Below are positions 1 through 12,585 of a DNA stretch of 64,000 bases, piece after piece. The translations under genes and the position numbers were made by a program. The stretch's first letter is position 1; each line of letters opens with the position of its first letter. The notes beneath the pieces were generated by a model that saw only the letters and a list, made by a program, of their open reading frames with translations, had not been told where the DNA came from and did not search any database. This stretch comes from Isurus oxyrinchus (taxonomy: Eukaryota), in assembly GCA_026770705.1 (NCBI GenBank), contig JANJGN010000150.1:248001-312000 (forward strand). The letters are read 5' to 3'.

Positions 1-680
1 AAGGCGCTATGGAAATGTGAGACTTGGTTTTGTATTTTGAAAGCAGGTTTCCAAGGATGAGATGGGAACTGAGAGGTAACAACAATCAGCAGCAACTTTC
101 CTATTTTCAAACTTGGTGAGGAATGTGTCACTGAGCTGAATACACTTTCACTCCCAGACCCTTGAATTGCCAACACTGGGGTGTGGGTGATGGAGCAGCC
201 CACAGCTCATGGAACCCTGGCTCATCATTCTCTCAGAGATCTGGGTCACTGATCCCATTGCTCTCTGTGGGAGCTTCCTGTGTACAAACTCACTGCCACG
301 TTAGACAGTGACTATACTTCAAGAATTTCTTCATTGTCTGTGAAGTGATTTGAAGTTTGCTCAGGTGGTGTAAGGCGCTATAGGAATGCACATCCTTCTT
401 TTGTCAAATTGTTAGACTTTTAAAAAGCATTAGGGAGACTAATGGGAGTGGATAACCTGATAACATTGATGGACACAGTCAATACATTTAATCATTGATA
501 TTAAAGTGAGTATTAGAGGTTGCTTTAGGACTGAACTGGAAGTTATCACCCGGTTATTGAGAATCAGACAGTGTGTTATAATAAACTGTATTTTGTGTTA
601 ATGTGTAAACGTCACAGTTTGTGTTATTTCCCATTGAGTGTTGAATGTGAATTGTTGAGGAATTATAACACAGCACTTAC

Positions 681-1049
681 CAGAAACGTGAAGCTGGGTT
701 ACAGGGTAATAGTTATGGCTCGGACCATTGTCAAATTCTATTCTGAAAAAATAAGGTCCTGCATCTTCCCGTCTGATGTTGTTTATAATCAGGGAACAGT
801 CGCCATCTTTCAGGTCTCCAGACAGCCGGGTCCGATGGTGGAATCGTGGTAACTCGTGACTGTGATCCTTGGAGTGAAAGGCAATGGGAGCCCAGGGAAT
901 CTGTTCCTCATTATTAAACCAGACTCCACCTCGTTGTTGGTTTTCCAGACACGATGGATAACTGTAATGACATGGAATCTGTACACACGAACCTTCCTGC
1001 GCTGTCACCTCTCGTGGAGTTTCACCTTTCCACTCTTGTGACAGTCCAA
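681..1049 (-). CDS. Gene B V-set Siglec-like exon (gene continues off the left edge)
   Basis: 369 bp, open, splice sites intact. Seven aa differences from gene A V; YFFR retained. Confidence 0.88.
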
Positions 1050-1913
1050 CTGTGGAGAGAAATATCAATATTTAACCCTGGATCCTCATTGTCTAAGGGA
1101 TTATTTCTGATCCAAACCCCATATTGTTGTATTGTTGATTCCGATGCAGCATTGTAGACTGACTTGTCCCCAAGCTCAGCACTGACCCTACTCCAGCAGA
1201 GACTGTGAAACACACTAACAAAGCGCCTCTAGCCTGAGCTCTGCATGTGTCGAGAGAAAGACAAATATACAAACTGAATATTGACACCTTTACACACGGA
1301 CAGCTTTACCTTCCTTCTCTCTTTCAGTTATCTTGCTCCCTTATTGAAGTATCTAGCAAGGTGAGAATGGACAGGAAGTGTGACACTGAACAGCCTGTCT
1401 ATTCTAGGAGCTGCTGTGTTGTCTTCATGGGAAATTCTGACTAAAATCAGCAAAAGACACTAATTTCAGGCCATTGCTGTCAGAGTCCTAGCCACAAGAT
1501 AGACTTCATCCCCTGAATTTTGTGTCCAATTTTCCACTCAAGCTTTCACCTCCGCACACACCCACCCCGACCCCACAAGTCACTCGCTGACCTACACTGG
1601 CTCCCAGTCCAACAACACCTCGATGTGATTATTTTCACACTTGATTTCCAATCCCTCCATCACTCCGCTCCACTCCCTGTCTCTGTAACCTACTCAAACC
1701 TACAACCCTCTGTGATCTCTGCACTCCCCCAATTCTGCTGTCAGACAGGGAGTCAGTGTATATCAGGGAGCACAGGGGTGATGGGTGAATGGGACTTGGT
1801 GTGAGTTTGTGCACTGGCTCACTGCTGAATTGGTTCCGAATCACAGCTCAATAAGAATGATCTTTTACGAAGACTATTAACCATAAATCTGTCTGAGCTG
1901 ACGATGATATTAC

Positions 1914-1953
1914 CTTGGAGAAGTGACAGGAGGCAGTAATATTTCCCAATTAT
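1914..1953 (-). pseudogene. Gene B leader exon with start codon mutated ATG>ATA
   Basis: Reads ATA ATT GGG AAA TAT TAC TGC CTC CTG TCA CTT CTC CAA G|GTAAT. No other ATG in the exon. Confidence 0.75.
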
Positions 1954-2403
1954 TGTCCACTCCCAGATATTCCTTTAGCTTCTGACTCTCAAACTCTGAA
2001 AGAGAAAGGAGTTAATGAGACCTCACCTCTTGTCCGACAGCTCTCGAGAGATCAGAACTGCTTTTAGACAATGTCCTCTGAGACTAATTTGGTTCTCTGT
2101 GGGATGACAGGTGCTCTGCAGAGAGTTAAAAAGCTTTAAAAAAATAAATCAATGAAGGACTTGCATTTCTATATCGCCTTTCACCACCTCAGGATGTCCC
2201 AAAGCTCATGTCCCTGCTCTTCCATCATCCCTTGAGCTAGAAAGATGTTCTGTACAACAGACTTGAGCCTCACACCCAGATCTCAATAATCAGTAGAAAT
2301 CTTTCAAAGGCATCAATCATTGGAATCTGTCTTTATAAAGTCACAACATCAACAAAGGACGGTGTTGGTGGTGGAAGTGAATTCCAATCGTTCCGTTACT
2401 TAC

Positions 2404-2610
2404 CCAGGACCTGTCCGACTGCTCGCCTGGGGAGGAACTGCCCACACGCTCTGCTTGGGCTGAATGACCTCTTCCTGTGCTGCTCCCTCTGTGTATTTAA
2501 TGAGAAAGGGTTGATGTGTCACTGTGAGACAAAATGAGGAAGTTGCATCAAAGTGACAGAACAGCTCGTGTTTTGAGTTTTTTGAAGCTGTTAACCCTTT
2601 GCGTTCTGGA
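2404..2610 (-). promoter_or_regulatory. Putative promoter and non-coding exon 1 of gene B
   Basis: Inverted copy of 11895-12094; exon part 2404-2488. Confidence 0.55.
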
Positions 2611-3105
2611 CTTGTGATGATATTTCTGCTCAAAAGCGGAAAGTCATTGACCAGGAATTCTCCTGTGGGACACTGGATTTCGAACCCTCTCTCTCTCTGA
2701 GTGAGAAGGTCGTCAGTTCGAAATTCATTTGGCAAAATTCAGGCTGGCAAACCAGACCGGCACTCGGTGTCAGGACTGAGAGTCCTGCACAGTTGGAGAG
2801 TCAGTACTGAGGGAGTGTTGCACTGTTGGACGGTCAGCACTGACTTAGTGCTGCACTGTCAGAGGGTCTGTACTGCGAGTGTTGCACTCTGGGTGTGCCA
2901 GTGCTGAAGGAGTGCTGCACTGTCAGATGGTCAATGCTGAGGGAGCGCTACACTTTTCGAGCATCAGTACCTAGGGGCTGCTGCACTATCAGGGGCTCAT
3001 GACTAAGGGACCACTGCACAGTCGGAGGGTCCGTACCCAGGGAATGCTGCACTGTCGCAGGCTCAGTACCGAGGGAGTGCAAACTAAAGTAGTGACAAGG
3101 GTTGA

Positions 3106-6100
3106 ATAAACTGGTGATGAGGTGAAAAACAAGGAAGAAAAATCAAGGAATGAGAGCAAGGGAACTGAAATCGGGCTGTGCCTCACGCAGTGATTATAAA
3201 TATAATTTCCATCCTAATAACCGAGGCAGCCCTCTCGAAGAATGCTGCAGTTTGGAAGAGTTGATCCTTTCGACCCAACGGTGGGCGATTGGTCTCATTA
3301 TGGTGAACTCCTCGCGTTCTTTTTCCAAGTGAATGACATTGATGGGGAGGAGAAGAGGCGAGCGACCCTCTTATCCACGTGTGGGAGTAAGACTTAGGGA
3401 TTGATGCGAACTTTAATGTCACCCGGTGCCATGGATTCAAAAAGTTTAGATGATATAGTGAACCTTGTGAAGATTCCTTCCCAGCCCCAGCCCTCGGTAA
3501 CGATGCAACGGTCCAAATTTAACTCAAGAAATAGAGTCCCAGGGGAGGCAGCTGCATGTTATGTGGAAAGTCTGAAACAGTTAATAGGACATTGTGAGTT
3601 TGGTAAATCTATAAATGATATGCTGAGAGATCGACTGGTGTGCAGTATAAATGAAGATGCGATTCAGAAGAGATTACTGTCTGAAACAGATTTGGATATT
3701 CAGAAGGCGCTGGGAATAGTGCTGGCTATGGAAAGAGCAGTGAGGGACTCGAAAAACATATGGAGAGTGCAAAATGTCACCGTCCTCATGTTGGGTGAGG
3801 AGCCTCAGCCAAGAAGTGCGGGAAAATGTACAGCTCTGATGAGAAACGGGAAACCTCCACCACTAGCAGCAAATAAAAAGGAATGACTTAGCAGAGAAAA
3901 CATGGAATAATGGGAACAGAGGTGAAGCAGACAACCTCGTAGTGAATGGAACTTTAAAAAAATCCATTGTTTTTACTGTCATCGAAACAGAGAGCCCATG
4001 AGAGATTGCAAGGATAGAATCAGGCAGAGTTTCAATCAAGAGAGAAAACCCTGTGAGATCCATAACATTGAAGAGCCTGAAGTAACAGATTCAGATAGTT
4101 ATTCATTGTATAATTTAAAGGTAGGAAGAACAGAGCCAATCTATGTAACAGTGAGGGTGAATGATAGAGCTCTCAGAATGGGGGTGGACACAGGAGCTAA
4201 CATTACGCTAATTGGGGAGCATACTTTCAAATACTGGAATCATGGGGAAAGTCAATTAAATTTGGAAGAAACAGATGACTAATTGAAAACTTACACGGGA
4301 GAAGACATTCAAGCCAAAGACATAAGCAGGGTTATTATACAGTATGGAAGTCAATCAGTAAAATGACCCTTGATGATGGGAGCTGGTGAGGGACCAAGCC
4401 TCCTTGGACGAAACTGGCTGAAAGATATTAAGCTGGATTGGTCTGAGATCTTCCAACTGAGAGCCAGTGGGCTACCTGAGCTACTACAAAAATACATCTC
4501 AGTTTTCCAAGATGAACTCGGGGAGATCCAGGGGCTGCAAGCAAAAATTCATGTGGATCCAGACTCTACCCCTCTGATTTATGAAGGCACGGCCAGTACC
4601 TTATGCAATGTGGGAAAAGGCAGATGCTGAATTGGGCAGGTTCTAGAAACTGGGAGTGATACAATCTGTGCAGTCCTCAGAATGGGCAGCACCAATAGTC
4701 CCTGGACCTGAGCCTGGCCAAAGTGTTTGAATTTGTGGAGATGACAAGAATTGACTGGAACGGCCTACACGGAGCTGATATGAGCCATGCTTATCAACAA
4801 TTGGAGTTCGAGAAGGCCTCCCAGAAGTTTGTCACAATTAATACACACAAAGGGTTGTATCAATAAACCGGTTTGCCTTTCAGAGTCTCCTCTGCAGGAT
4901 CACAGAGTCTTAATGGCACAGCAGGAGGCCATTCAGCCCATCGTGTCTATCCCAGCTCTCCAAATGAGCATCATGACCTAGTGTCATTGCCCTGCCTTTC
5001 CCCATGCCCCTGCACCTTTTCTCTATCCAAATAACCATCTAATGCCCTCCTGAATGCCTCGATTGAACCTGCCTCCACAACACTTCCAGGCCGTGCATTC
5101 CAGGCCCAGAACTTAGTTGTGTGAAAAAGTTTTTTCTCACGTCACATTTGCAACATCAGTCATGTTAAATGTCAGCGGGAAGGTGGAAAGGAGTCCAGGA
5201 AGACAGGAAACTGGACATGACTGGCATAGCCATGACAGGAAGCTGACCGTAGGAGAGACGGTATATGTGAAGGATTTTAGAGAGGGGCCAAAGTGGTCAC
5301 CGGGTGAAATAAATGCAGCGATTGGAACTCTTTCTCACCATGTGAAAGTGGAAGACCGAGTCATATGGAGACATGTGGGTCATATAAGGAGGAGAGAAAC
5401 AAAGTACCAAGAAACAATCCCACCAGTCTTCACGGCTGCGTCTATGTCTCCTGTTGAAAGAACTCAGCTGAGAACAGATGTGTCTGAAGGGTCCGTTGTA
5501 CCTGCAAGAGTTGAGGAAACAGGTTTGCAGGTGTCCACCGAAGAAGCTGGTGTTGGGACAACATCAGAAAAGGAGACTCCTGACAAAGCATCTGAAGCTG
5601 TGGATCTGAGACGTTCCAGACGCATAAGGAAACCCCCCAGAAAGACTGAATTTGTAAATTACTGATCTCTGTAAATCATCTGATACTTTGAGAAAATGGT
5701 AAAAGTAAGTGTAAAATGTATTTCTGAGTAAAGGGGGAGGGTGGTGGTAATCTGATGTGTGATGTACCTTTAAGAAGAAGGTTACAATGGAAGATAACAT
5801 GAGCTCAGTGTTGTGGTGTGTTCTCAGAATCAACCTCAAGCCTGGCTAAAAACAGAACTCTACCCATTACAGGGAAACCATCTTTTTTGTTCACAGAGTT
5901 AGTCACGTACACATTGGGTTATTTAAATTCAAATCTTGTCAGTACATAATCACATAATAAGCAGATGTTCCCAGTCCCAGGTACATATCTGCTCCTTACC
6001 CAAGCAAGAACTGTTTATCTCGTTCTAGCCTGGTGCTGTTTGCCTTTACCTTATCTGTTTACCCTCAGCATCTATTTATGTCTCTTCTCGAGTTAATCCC

Positions 6101-6400
6101 TTGTGATCTTCAAGGCCTTTCTGGAGAATTCTGCTGATGTCAGCCCCATGGTGCACAAGGTTCACCTGGAGAATTCTGCTGACCTTTGGTTTTCACTAAT
6201 AGAAGTCCCTGTTTAACTCTTATATCAGTGTCCAACAGCCGAGTGGCGCAGGTACCTCAGTAGTCGGTCACCTTTAGTTAGAGCCTGTAATGCGGAGACA
6301 GGGCTTGAGTTGAAAGCACACAAGTGTAGCTGCTGAGTTCCTTTGTAAATAAGCAGAATGTGTTTCATCTAAGAACTGTCTGCTGATCTACTCGGTCTAT
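3106..6400 (+). mobile_element. Degenerate Ty3/Gypsy LTR retrotransposon (gag, protease, RT start, integrase C-terminus, PPT, probable 3' LTR)
   Basis: PBS-like tggtgatgagg at 3112. gag HCEFG..MLRDRLVCSIN, protease VDTGA and LLGRNWL, SEWAAPIV-like RT start, integrase tail KWSPG..LRRSRR. PPT aaagggggagg near 5730. Many stops and frameshifts; right boundary approximate. Confidence 0.85.
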
Positions 6401-6581
6401 TGTACCTACTCAGCCTCTCCAAAACAAGCCTGGATCCATAAGTCCCAACAAACTCGTGAGCAGCATCCAACAGTATCAATAATTAATGTATGTATTGTGG
6501 GTGGAATTTTCGATTTGGATCAATAATACTAAACACTGATCACTCTGATTGTCACTCTGATCATTTCTGTTTCTATTACAG

Positions 6582-6698
6582 AAGAAAGATGAAAAGGTTC
6601 TGGAAATGAAATCTAACCGCGGAGTCAATCCTGATACAGATGATGATCTTTACGCAAACTGTGAATTTGCTGAGGATTCTGTTTATGGGAATTTATAA
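6582..6698 (+). pseudogene. Orphan paralog of the gene A terminal exon (..LYANCEFAEDSVYGNL*) with 3' UTR
   Basis: 6470-7760 aligns with 26995-28290. Upstream exons are absent; Gypsy sequence lies there instead. Confidence 0.75.
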
Positions 6699-7789
6699 AC
6701 TGAGCAAGAATGAGACACACACAGTGTGGGGAGAATACAGAATGGGAGAATCATTCAAAACTCCAATTTACCTTCCTAATATCCACAGGAACTCACTCCC
6801 AGGAAATAGATTTAAACCTCTTGTTACAAACTGATGAAATTTCTTCGGAATGATCTGTCCAGGATGATTGTCTGTGGGTTTCAATTTGAACATCCTCCTT
6901 CAGAATTGTCCCTCACTGTTGGAAACATCCTTCTCTCCATTCTGATTGTAAATGTCTTTAGATATCGTTCGATGATGTACCAGGACAGAACGGACAAATT
7001 CAATCCCGTGTCCGTGATTATGAGTTAATTTTCATTCTGTTATTCATCTTCCTGTCTGCCAGTGTTTACAGAATATTCATCAGCCAGTGTAGACTTCAGG
7101 AAATGCAGGATCGGTGGATAATTGGACCAGAGCAAATCCCTATAATTTATTCACCATTTTGCAGTCAAACATATGTTCAGAGAACATGTGTATTTTATGA
7201 GTTATTGTTTAATATTAGACTAATCGCAGCCTGGGAAAGGGAAACAATTTGATTGGAGAATTGGTAGACTTCCGACAACACAGAGGAAAACAGGTGTGCT
7301 ACAGTGCCAGCACTGGTGGGAGGATGTCATTACAGCGTGACATGTTTACATTGATGTTGCCAATGTCATTGTGAACAGAGGGAGCTATGATGTGAAAAGT
7401 TGCTTGCAAATGTACGTTTTTCACTGTATCCTGGATGGCTGAAACAGCTTTGACAACAGAATGAGCTAAAGCTACAACTTACAACCATTTCAGTCTTTCA
7501 GTTTTTGAAAGAACAATTAGCCTCCATCCTGAAGGCTGAGTGAATGGGTGGACGGTGCGATGTGTTACAGATTTCAGACACCAACATCCTCGATCCTGGT
7601 TCCGCTCTGTGTTTGATGAAAAGATCCTAACCAGACACATGGATAGAAGATTGGGAAAATAAATAATCCTCCTGCATTAACCAGTAACCAGTCACTAACT
7701 AAGTTAATCATGTGAGGACAGGATTGTGTTGGAGGCCATTAACCCCAGCATCAAACACATCCTTTGGACTGGCCATTTACACAGAAGAA

Positions 7790-8475
7790 AGGAGGAGGCC
7801 CATTCAGCCCCTCGAGCCTGTTACACAGGAACAGGAGGAGGCCCATTCAGCCCCCTCGAGCCTGTTATACAGGAACAGGAGGAGGCCCATTCAGCTCCTC
7901 GAGCCTGTTACACAGGAACAGGAGGAGGCCCATTCAGCCCCTCGGGCCTGTTACACATGAACAGGAGGAGGCCCATTCAGCTCCTCAAGCCTGTGACACA
8001 GGAACAGGAGGAGGCCCATTCAGCCCCCTCGAGCCTGTTACACAGGAACAGGAGGAGGCCCATTCAGCCCCCTGAAGCCTGTTACACAGGAACAGGAGGA
8101 GGCCCATTCAGCCCCTCGAGCCTGTTACACAGGAACAGGAGGAGGCCCATTCAGCCCCCTCGAGCCCGTTACACAGCAACAGGAGGAGGCCCATTCAGCT
8201 CCTCGAGCCTGTTACACAGGAACATGAGGAGGCCCATTCAGCCCCCTCAAGCCTGTGACACAGGAACAGGAGGAGGCCCATTCAGCCCATCGAGCCTATG
8301 ACACAGGATCAGGAGGAGGCCCATTCAGCCCCTCGAGCTTGTAAGAAAAGAAAAGGAGGAGGCCGTTCAACCCCTTGAGCCTGTTACACATGAACATGAG
8401 GGGCCCATTCAGCCCCCTCAATCCCATTACACAGGAACAGGAGCAGGCCATTCAGCCCCTCGAGCCTGTTACATG
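7790..8475 (+). repeat. About 43-bp minisatellite (gagcctgttacacaggaacaggaggaggcccattcagcccctc)
   Basis: Direct tandem periodicity of 43-44 bp. Confidence 0.95.
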
Positions 8476-8514
8476 GGAAAAAGTTTAATCACATTCGGAC
8501 ACAGCCTTGGCACT

Positions 8515-8785
8515 CCAAGGGTTAACAGTTTGCTTTCATACTTTGACAGCAACCACCTCCCACTTTGTCTCACAGTGACACATCCACCCTTTCTCATTAA
8601 ATACACAGAGGGAGCAGCACAGGAAGAGGTCATTCAGCCCAAGCAGAGTGTGTGGGCAGTTCCTCCCCAGGCGAGCAGTCGGACAGGTCCTGGGTAAGTA
8701 ACGGAACGATTGGAATTCACTTCCACCACCAACACTGTCCTTTTTTGATGTTGTGACTTTATAAAGAGAGATTCCAATGATTCAC
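8515..8785 (+). pseudogene. Truncated copy of the promoter/exon-1 module (exon part 8609-8693)
   Basis: Matches 11895-12190, then breaks into the 33-bp satellite. No leader exon follows directly. Confidence 0.65.
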
Positions 8786-10425
8786 AGTTCAGCACTCCCT
8801 CAGTACTGACCCTCTGACAGTTCAGCACTCCCTCAGTACTGACCCTCTGACAGTGTAGCACTCGCTCAGTACTGAACTTCTGGCAGTGCAGCACTCCCTC
8901 AGTACTGACCCTCTGACAGTGCAGCATTTCCTCAGTTCTCACCCTCTGACAGTGCAGCACTCCCTCAGTACTGAACTTCTGGCAGTGCAGCACTCCCTCA
9001 GTACTGACCCTCTGACAGTGCAGCACTCCATCAATACTGACTCTCTGACAGTGCAGCACTCCCTCAGTACTGAACTTCTGGCAGTGCAGCACTCCCTCAG
9101 TACTGACCCTCTGACAGTGCAGCACTCCCTCAATACTGACTCACTGACAGTGCAGCACTCCTTCAGTTCTGACCCACCGATAGTGAAGCAATCCCTCAGT
9201 ACTGACTCTCTGACAGGGCAGCACTGCCTCAATACTGACTCACTGACAGTGCAGCACTCCCTCAGTACTGACTCTCTGACAGTGCAGCACTGCCTCAATA
9301 CTGACTCACTGACAGTGCAGCACTCCCTCAGTACTGAACTTCTGGCAGTGCAGCACTCCCTCAATACTGACCCTCTGACAGTGCAGCACTCCCTCAATAC
9401 TGACTCACTGACAGTGCAGCACTCCCTCAGTACTGACTCTCTGACAGTGCAGCACTCACTCAGTACTGACCCTATGATAGTGCAGTACTCCCTCACTTCT
9501 GACCCTCTGACAGTGCAGCACTCCCTCAGTACTGACCCTCTGACAGTGCAGCACTCCCTCAGTACTGACCATTGACAGTGCAGCACTCCCTCAATTCTGA
9601 CCCTCTTACTGTGCAGCACTCCCTCAGTACTGACCCTCTTACAGTGCAGCACTCCCTCAATACTGACCCTCTGACAGTGCAGCATTGCTTCAGTACTGAC
9701 CCTCTGACAGTGCAGCACCTCTTCAGTACTGACCCTCTTACTGTGCAGCACTCCCTCAGTACTGACCCTCTGACAGTGCAGCACTCCCTCAGTACTGACC
9801 CACCGATAGTGCAACACTCCCTCAGTACTGAACTTCTGGCAGTGCAGCACTCCCTCAGTACTGACCCACCGATAGTACAGCACTCCCTCAGTACTGACCC
9901 TCTGACAGTGCAGCACTCCCTCAGTACTGACCCTCTGACAGTGCAGCATTGCTTCAGTACTGACCCTCTGACAGTGCAGCACTCCCTCAGTACTGACCCT
10001 CTGACAGTGCAGCACTCCTTCAGTACTGACCCTCTGACAGTGCAGCACTCCCTCAGTACTGACCCTCTGACAGTGCAGCACTCCCTCAGTACTGACCCTC
10101 TGACAGTGCAGCACTCCCTCAGTACTGACCCTCTGACAGTGCAGCACTCCCTCAGTACTGACCCTCTGACAGTGCAGCACTCCCTCAGTACTGACCCTCT
10201 GACAGTGCAGCACTCCCTCAGTACTGACCCTCTGACAGTGCAGCACTCCCTCAGTACTGACCCTCTGACAGTGCAGCACTCCCTCAGTACTGACCCTCTG
10301 ACAGTGCAGCACTCCCTCAGTACTGACCCTCTGACAGTGCAGCACTCCCTCAGTACTGACCCTCTGACACTGCAGCACTCCCTCAGTACTGACCCTCTGA
10401 CAGTGCAGCACCTCTTCAGTACAGG
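8785..10425 (+). repeat. 33-bp satellite array (cagtgcagcactccctcagtactgaccctctga)
   Basis: About 50 tandem units; source of the 11-aa periodic ORFs. Confidence 0.97.
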
Positions 10426-11530
10426 GTCCTGAATCTTTGGAAGTCTCTCCTTAATCCTTGGGTGTGGAGGATCTCAGAGACTCTCATGTAATTGAGAAGT
10501 CACCATGAGCACAGCAGCAGTCAGAATAGACAGATCTACAACCCAACACTCACACTTGCTGCACAGTTTCACCACCAAACCACAAGAATTAAGCAAACTG
10601 GCTGAAAATAAAGAGATGACAATTCAGCCTGTGTGGAAAGGTCAGAAGTTTATTGTTTCCTGTTTGTCTCTGATCTGCAGCGCAGATAAATATTAGAAAA
10701 CCACAGAATCAAACAGCACAGAAAGAGGCCACTCAGCCCATTGTCCCTGTCCTGGTCTCCTGGGACAGATATCCAATTGGTCCCAATCTCCCATTCTCTC
10801 ACACTCTGCAAGTATTTTGAAAGATCCTATTGAATCTGCTTCCACCGCCCTTTCAGGCAGCACCTTCCAGATCACAGCAACTCGCTGTGCACAATAAAAC
10901 CTAACCTGCCTGCTCAGTGATGGTTACTCCCATCTGAGGGGATTTATATTCATGAATTTGGATTCAATCTGGAACAGGAAGAATTTGAAGGACGATGGGG
11001 GAAGAGAGGTGGATTGAAACCAATTGTGTGCTTCCTTTAAAGAGCTAGCACAGCAAAGATGGCATGAATGGCCTCCTGCTATTCTGTGTGATTCTGTGAT
11101 ATGATGAAGAAAGTTCCTTTTCAGCAACAGTTTACCTCTTCTGCTGAAACTCTTCATGTTGGAGAAGAGGAAGTGATGGTTTCCATCAGCGTTTAGTATG
11201 TGTTCCAGTTCAGTTTTAACCGAAACTCAGTGAAGCGGATGGTGAAGGTCATGAACCCACCACAGCGGCACCTCCAACACATGCAGAGCTCAGGCTAGAG
11301 GCGCTTTGTTAGTGTGTTTCACAGGGTCTGCTGGGGTAGGGTCAGTGCTGAGCTTGGGGACAAGTCAGTCTACAATGCTGCATCGGAATCAACAATACAA
11401 CAATATGGGGTTTGGATCGAAATAATTTGATCCTGTGACAGTGCAGCACTCCCTCAGTACTGATTCTCCAACAGTGCAGGACTCCCTCAGTACTGACCCT
11501 CTGACAGTGCAGCACTCCCTCAGTACTGAC
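10425..11530 (+). repeat. Direct segmental duplicate of about 21920-23030
   Basis: Near-identical non-satellite sequence, bounded by 33-bp satellite on both sides. Confidence 0.9.
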
Positions 11531-11715
11531 CCTCTGGCAGTGCAGCACTCCCACAATACTGAGCCTCTGACAGTGCAGCATTCCCTCAGTACTGACCCTC
11601 TGGCAGTGCAGCACTCCCACAATACTGAGCCTCTGACAGTGCAGCACTGCTTCAGTACTAACCCTGCAACAGTGCAGCACGCCCTCAGGAATGACCCTCT
11701 GACAGTGCAGGACTC
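11437..11715 (+). repeat. 33-bp satellite, short array
   Basis: About 8 tandem units. Confidence 0.9.
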
Positions 11716-11894
11716 TCAGTCCTGACACCGAGTGCCGGTCTGGTTTGGCAGTCTGAATTTTGCCAAATGAATCTCGAACAGACGAGCTTCTCACTCAGAC
11801 AGCGAGAGAGGGTTTGAAACCCAATGACCCACAGGAGAAATTCATGGTCAATGACTTTCCACTTTTGAGCAGAAATATCATCACAAGTCCAGAA

Positions 11895-12094
11895 CGCAAA
11901 GGGTTAACAGCTTCAAAAAACTCTAAACATGAGCTGCATCCTCACAAAGTGACCACTTCCACATTTTGACTCACAGTGACACATCAACCCTTTCTAATTA
12001 AACACACAGAGGGAGCAGCACAGGAAGAGGTCATTCAGCCCAAGCAGAGCGTGTGGGCAGTACCTCCCCAGGCGAGCAGTCGGACAGGTACTGG
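11895..12094 (+). promoter_or_regulatory. Putative promoter and non-coding exon 1 of gene A
   Basis: Module with gggttaacag, ETS-like acttcc/caggaag, AT-rich taattaaa and a tgg|gtaagt donor. It lies about 400 bp upstream of the leader exon in genes A, B and C. Confidence 0.55.
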
Positions 12095-12545
12095 GTAAGT
12101 AACGGAACGATTGGAATTCACTTCCACCACCAACACCGTCCTTTGTTGATGTTGTGACTTTATAAAGACAGATTCCAATGATTGATGCCTTTGAAAGATT
12201 TCTTCTAATTATTGAGATCTGGGAGTGAGGCTCAAGTCTGTTGTACAGAACATCTTTCTAGCTCAAGAGATGAGGGAAGTGCAGGGACATGAGCTTTGGG
12301 GTGTCCTGAGGTGTTGAAAGGTGCTATAGAAATGCAAGTCCTTCAATGTTTTTCTTTCTTAAAGCCTTGTAACTCTCTGCAGAGCACCTATCATCCCACA
12401 GAGAATCAAATTAGATCCGTGAAGACATTGTCTAAAAGCAGTTCTGATCTCTCGAGAGCTGTCGGACAAGAGGTGAGGTCTCATTAACTCCTTTCTCTTT
12501 CAGAACTTCAGAGTTAGAAGCTGAGGAATTATCTGGGAGTGGACA

Positions 12546-12585
12546 ATGATCGGGAAATCTTACTTCCTCCTGTCACTTCTCCAAG
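12546..12585 (+). CDS. Gene A leader exon (MIGKSYFLLSLLQ)
   Basis: Acceptor ctttctctttcag ends 12503. ATG at 12546, hydrophobic run, phase-1 donor CAAG|GTAAT, matching the phase-1 V exon. Confidence 0.85.

Larger units (their letters stand above)
495..2860 (-). repeat. Inverted segmental duplicate of about 11620-14670
   Basis: Reverse-complement match over promoter, leader, intron and V exon. About 690 bp is missing from the B intron at an atcca microhomology near 1080. Confidence 0.9.
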
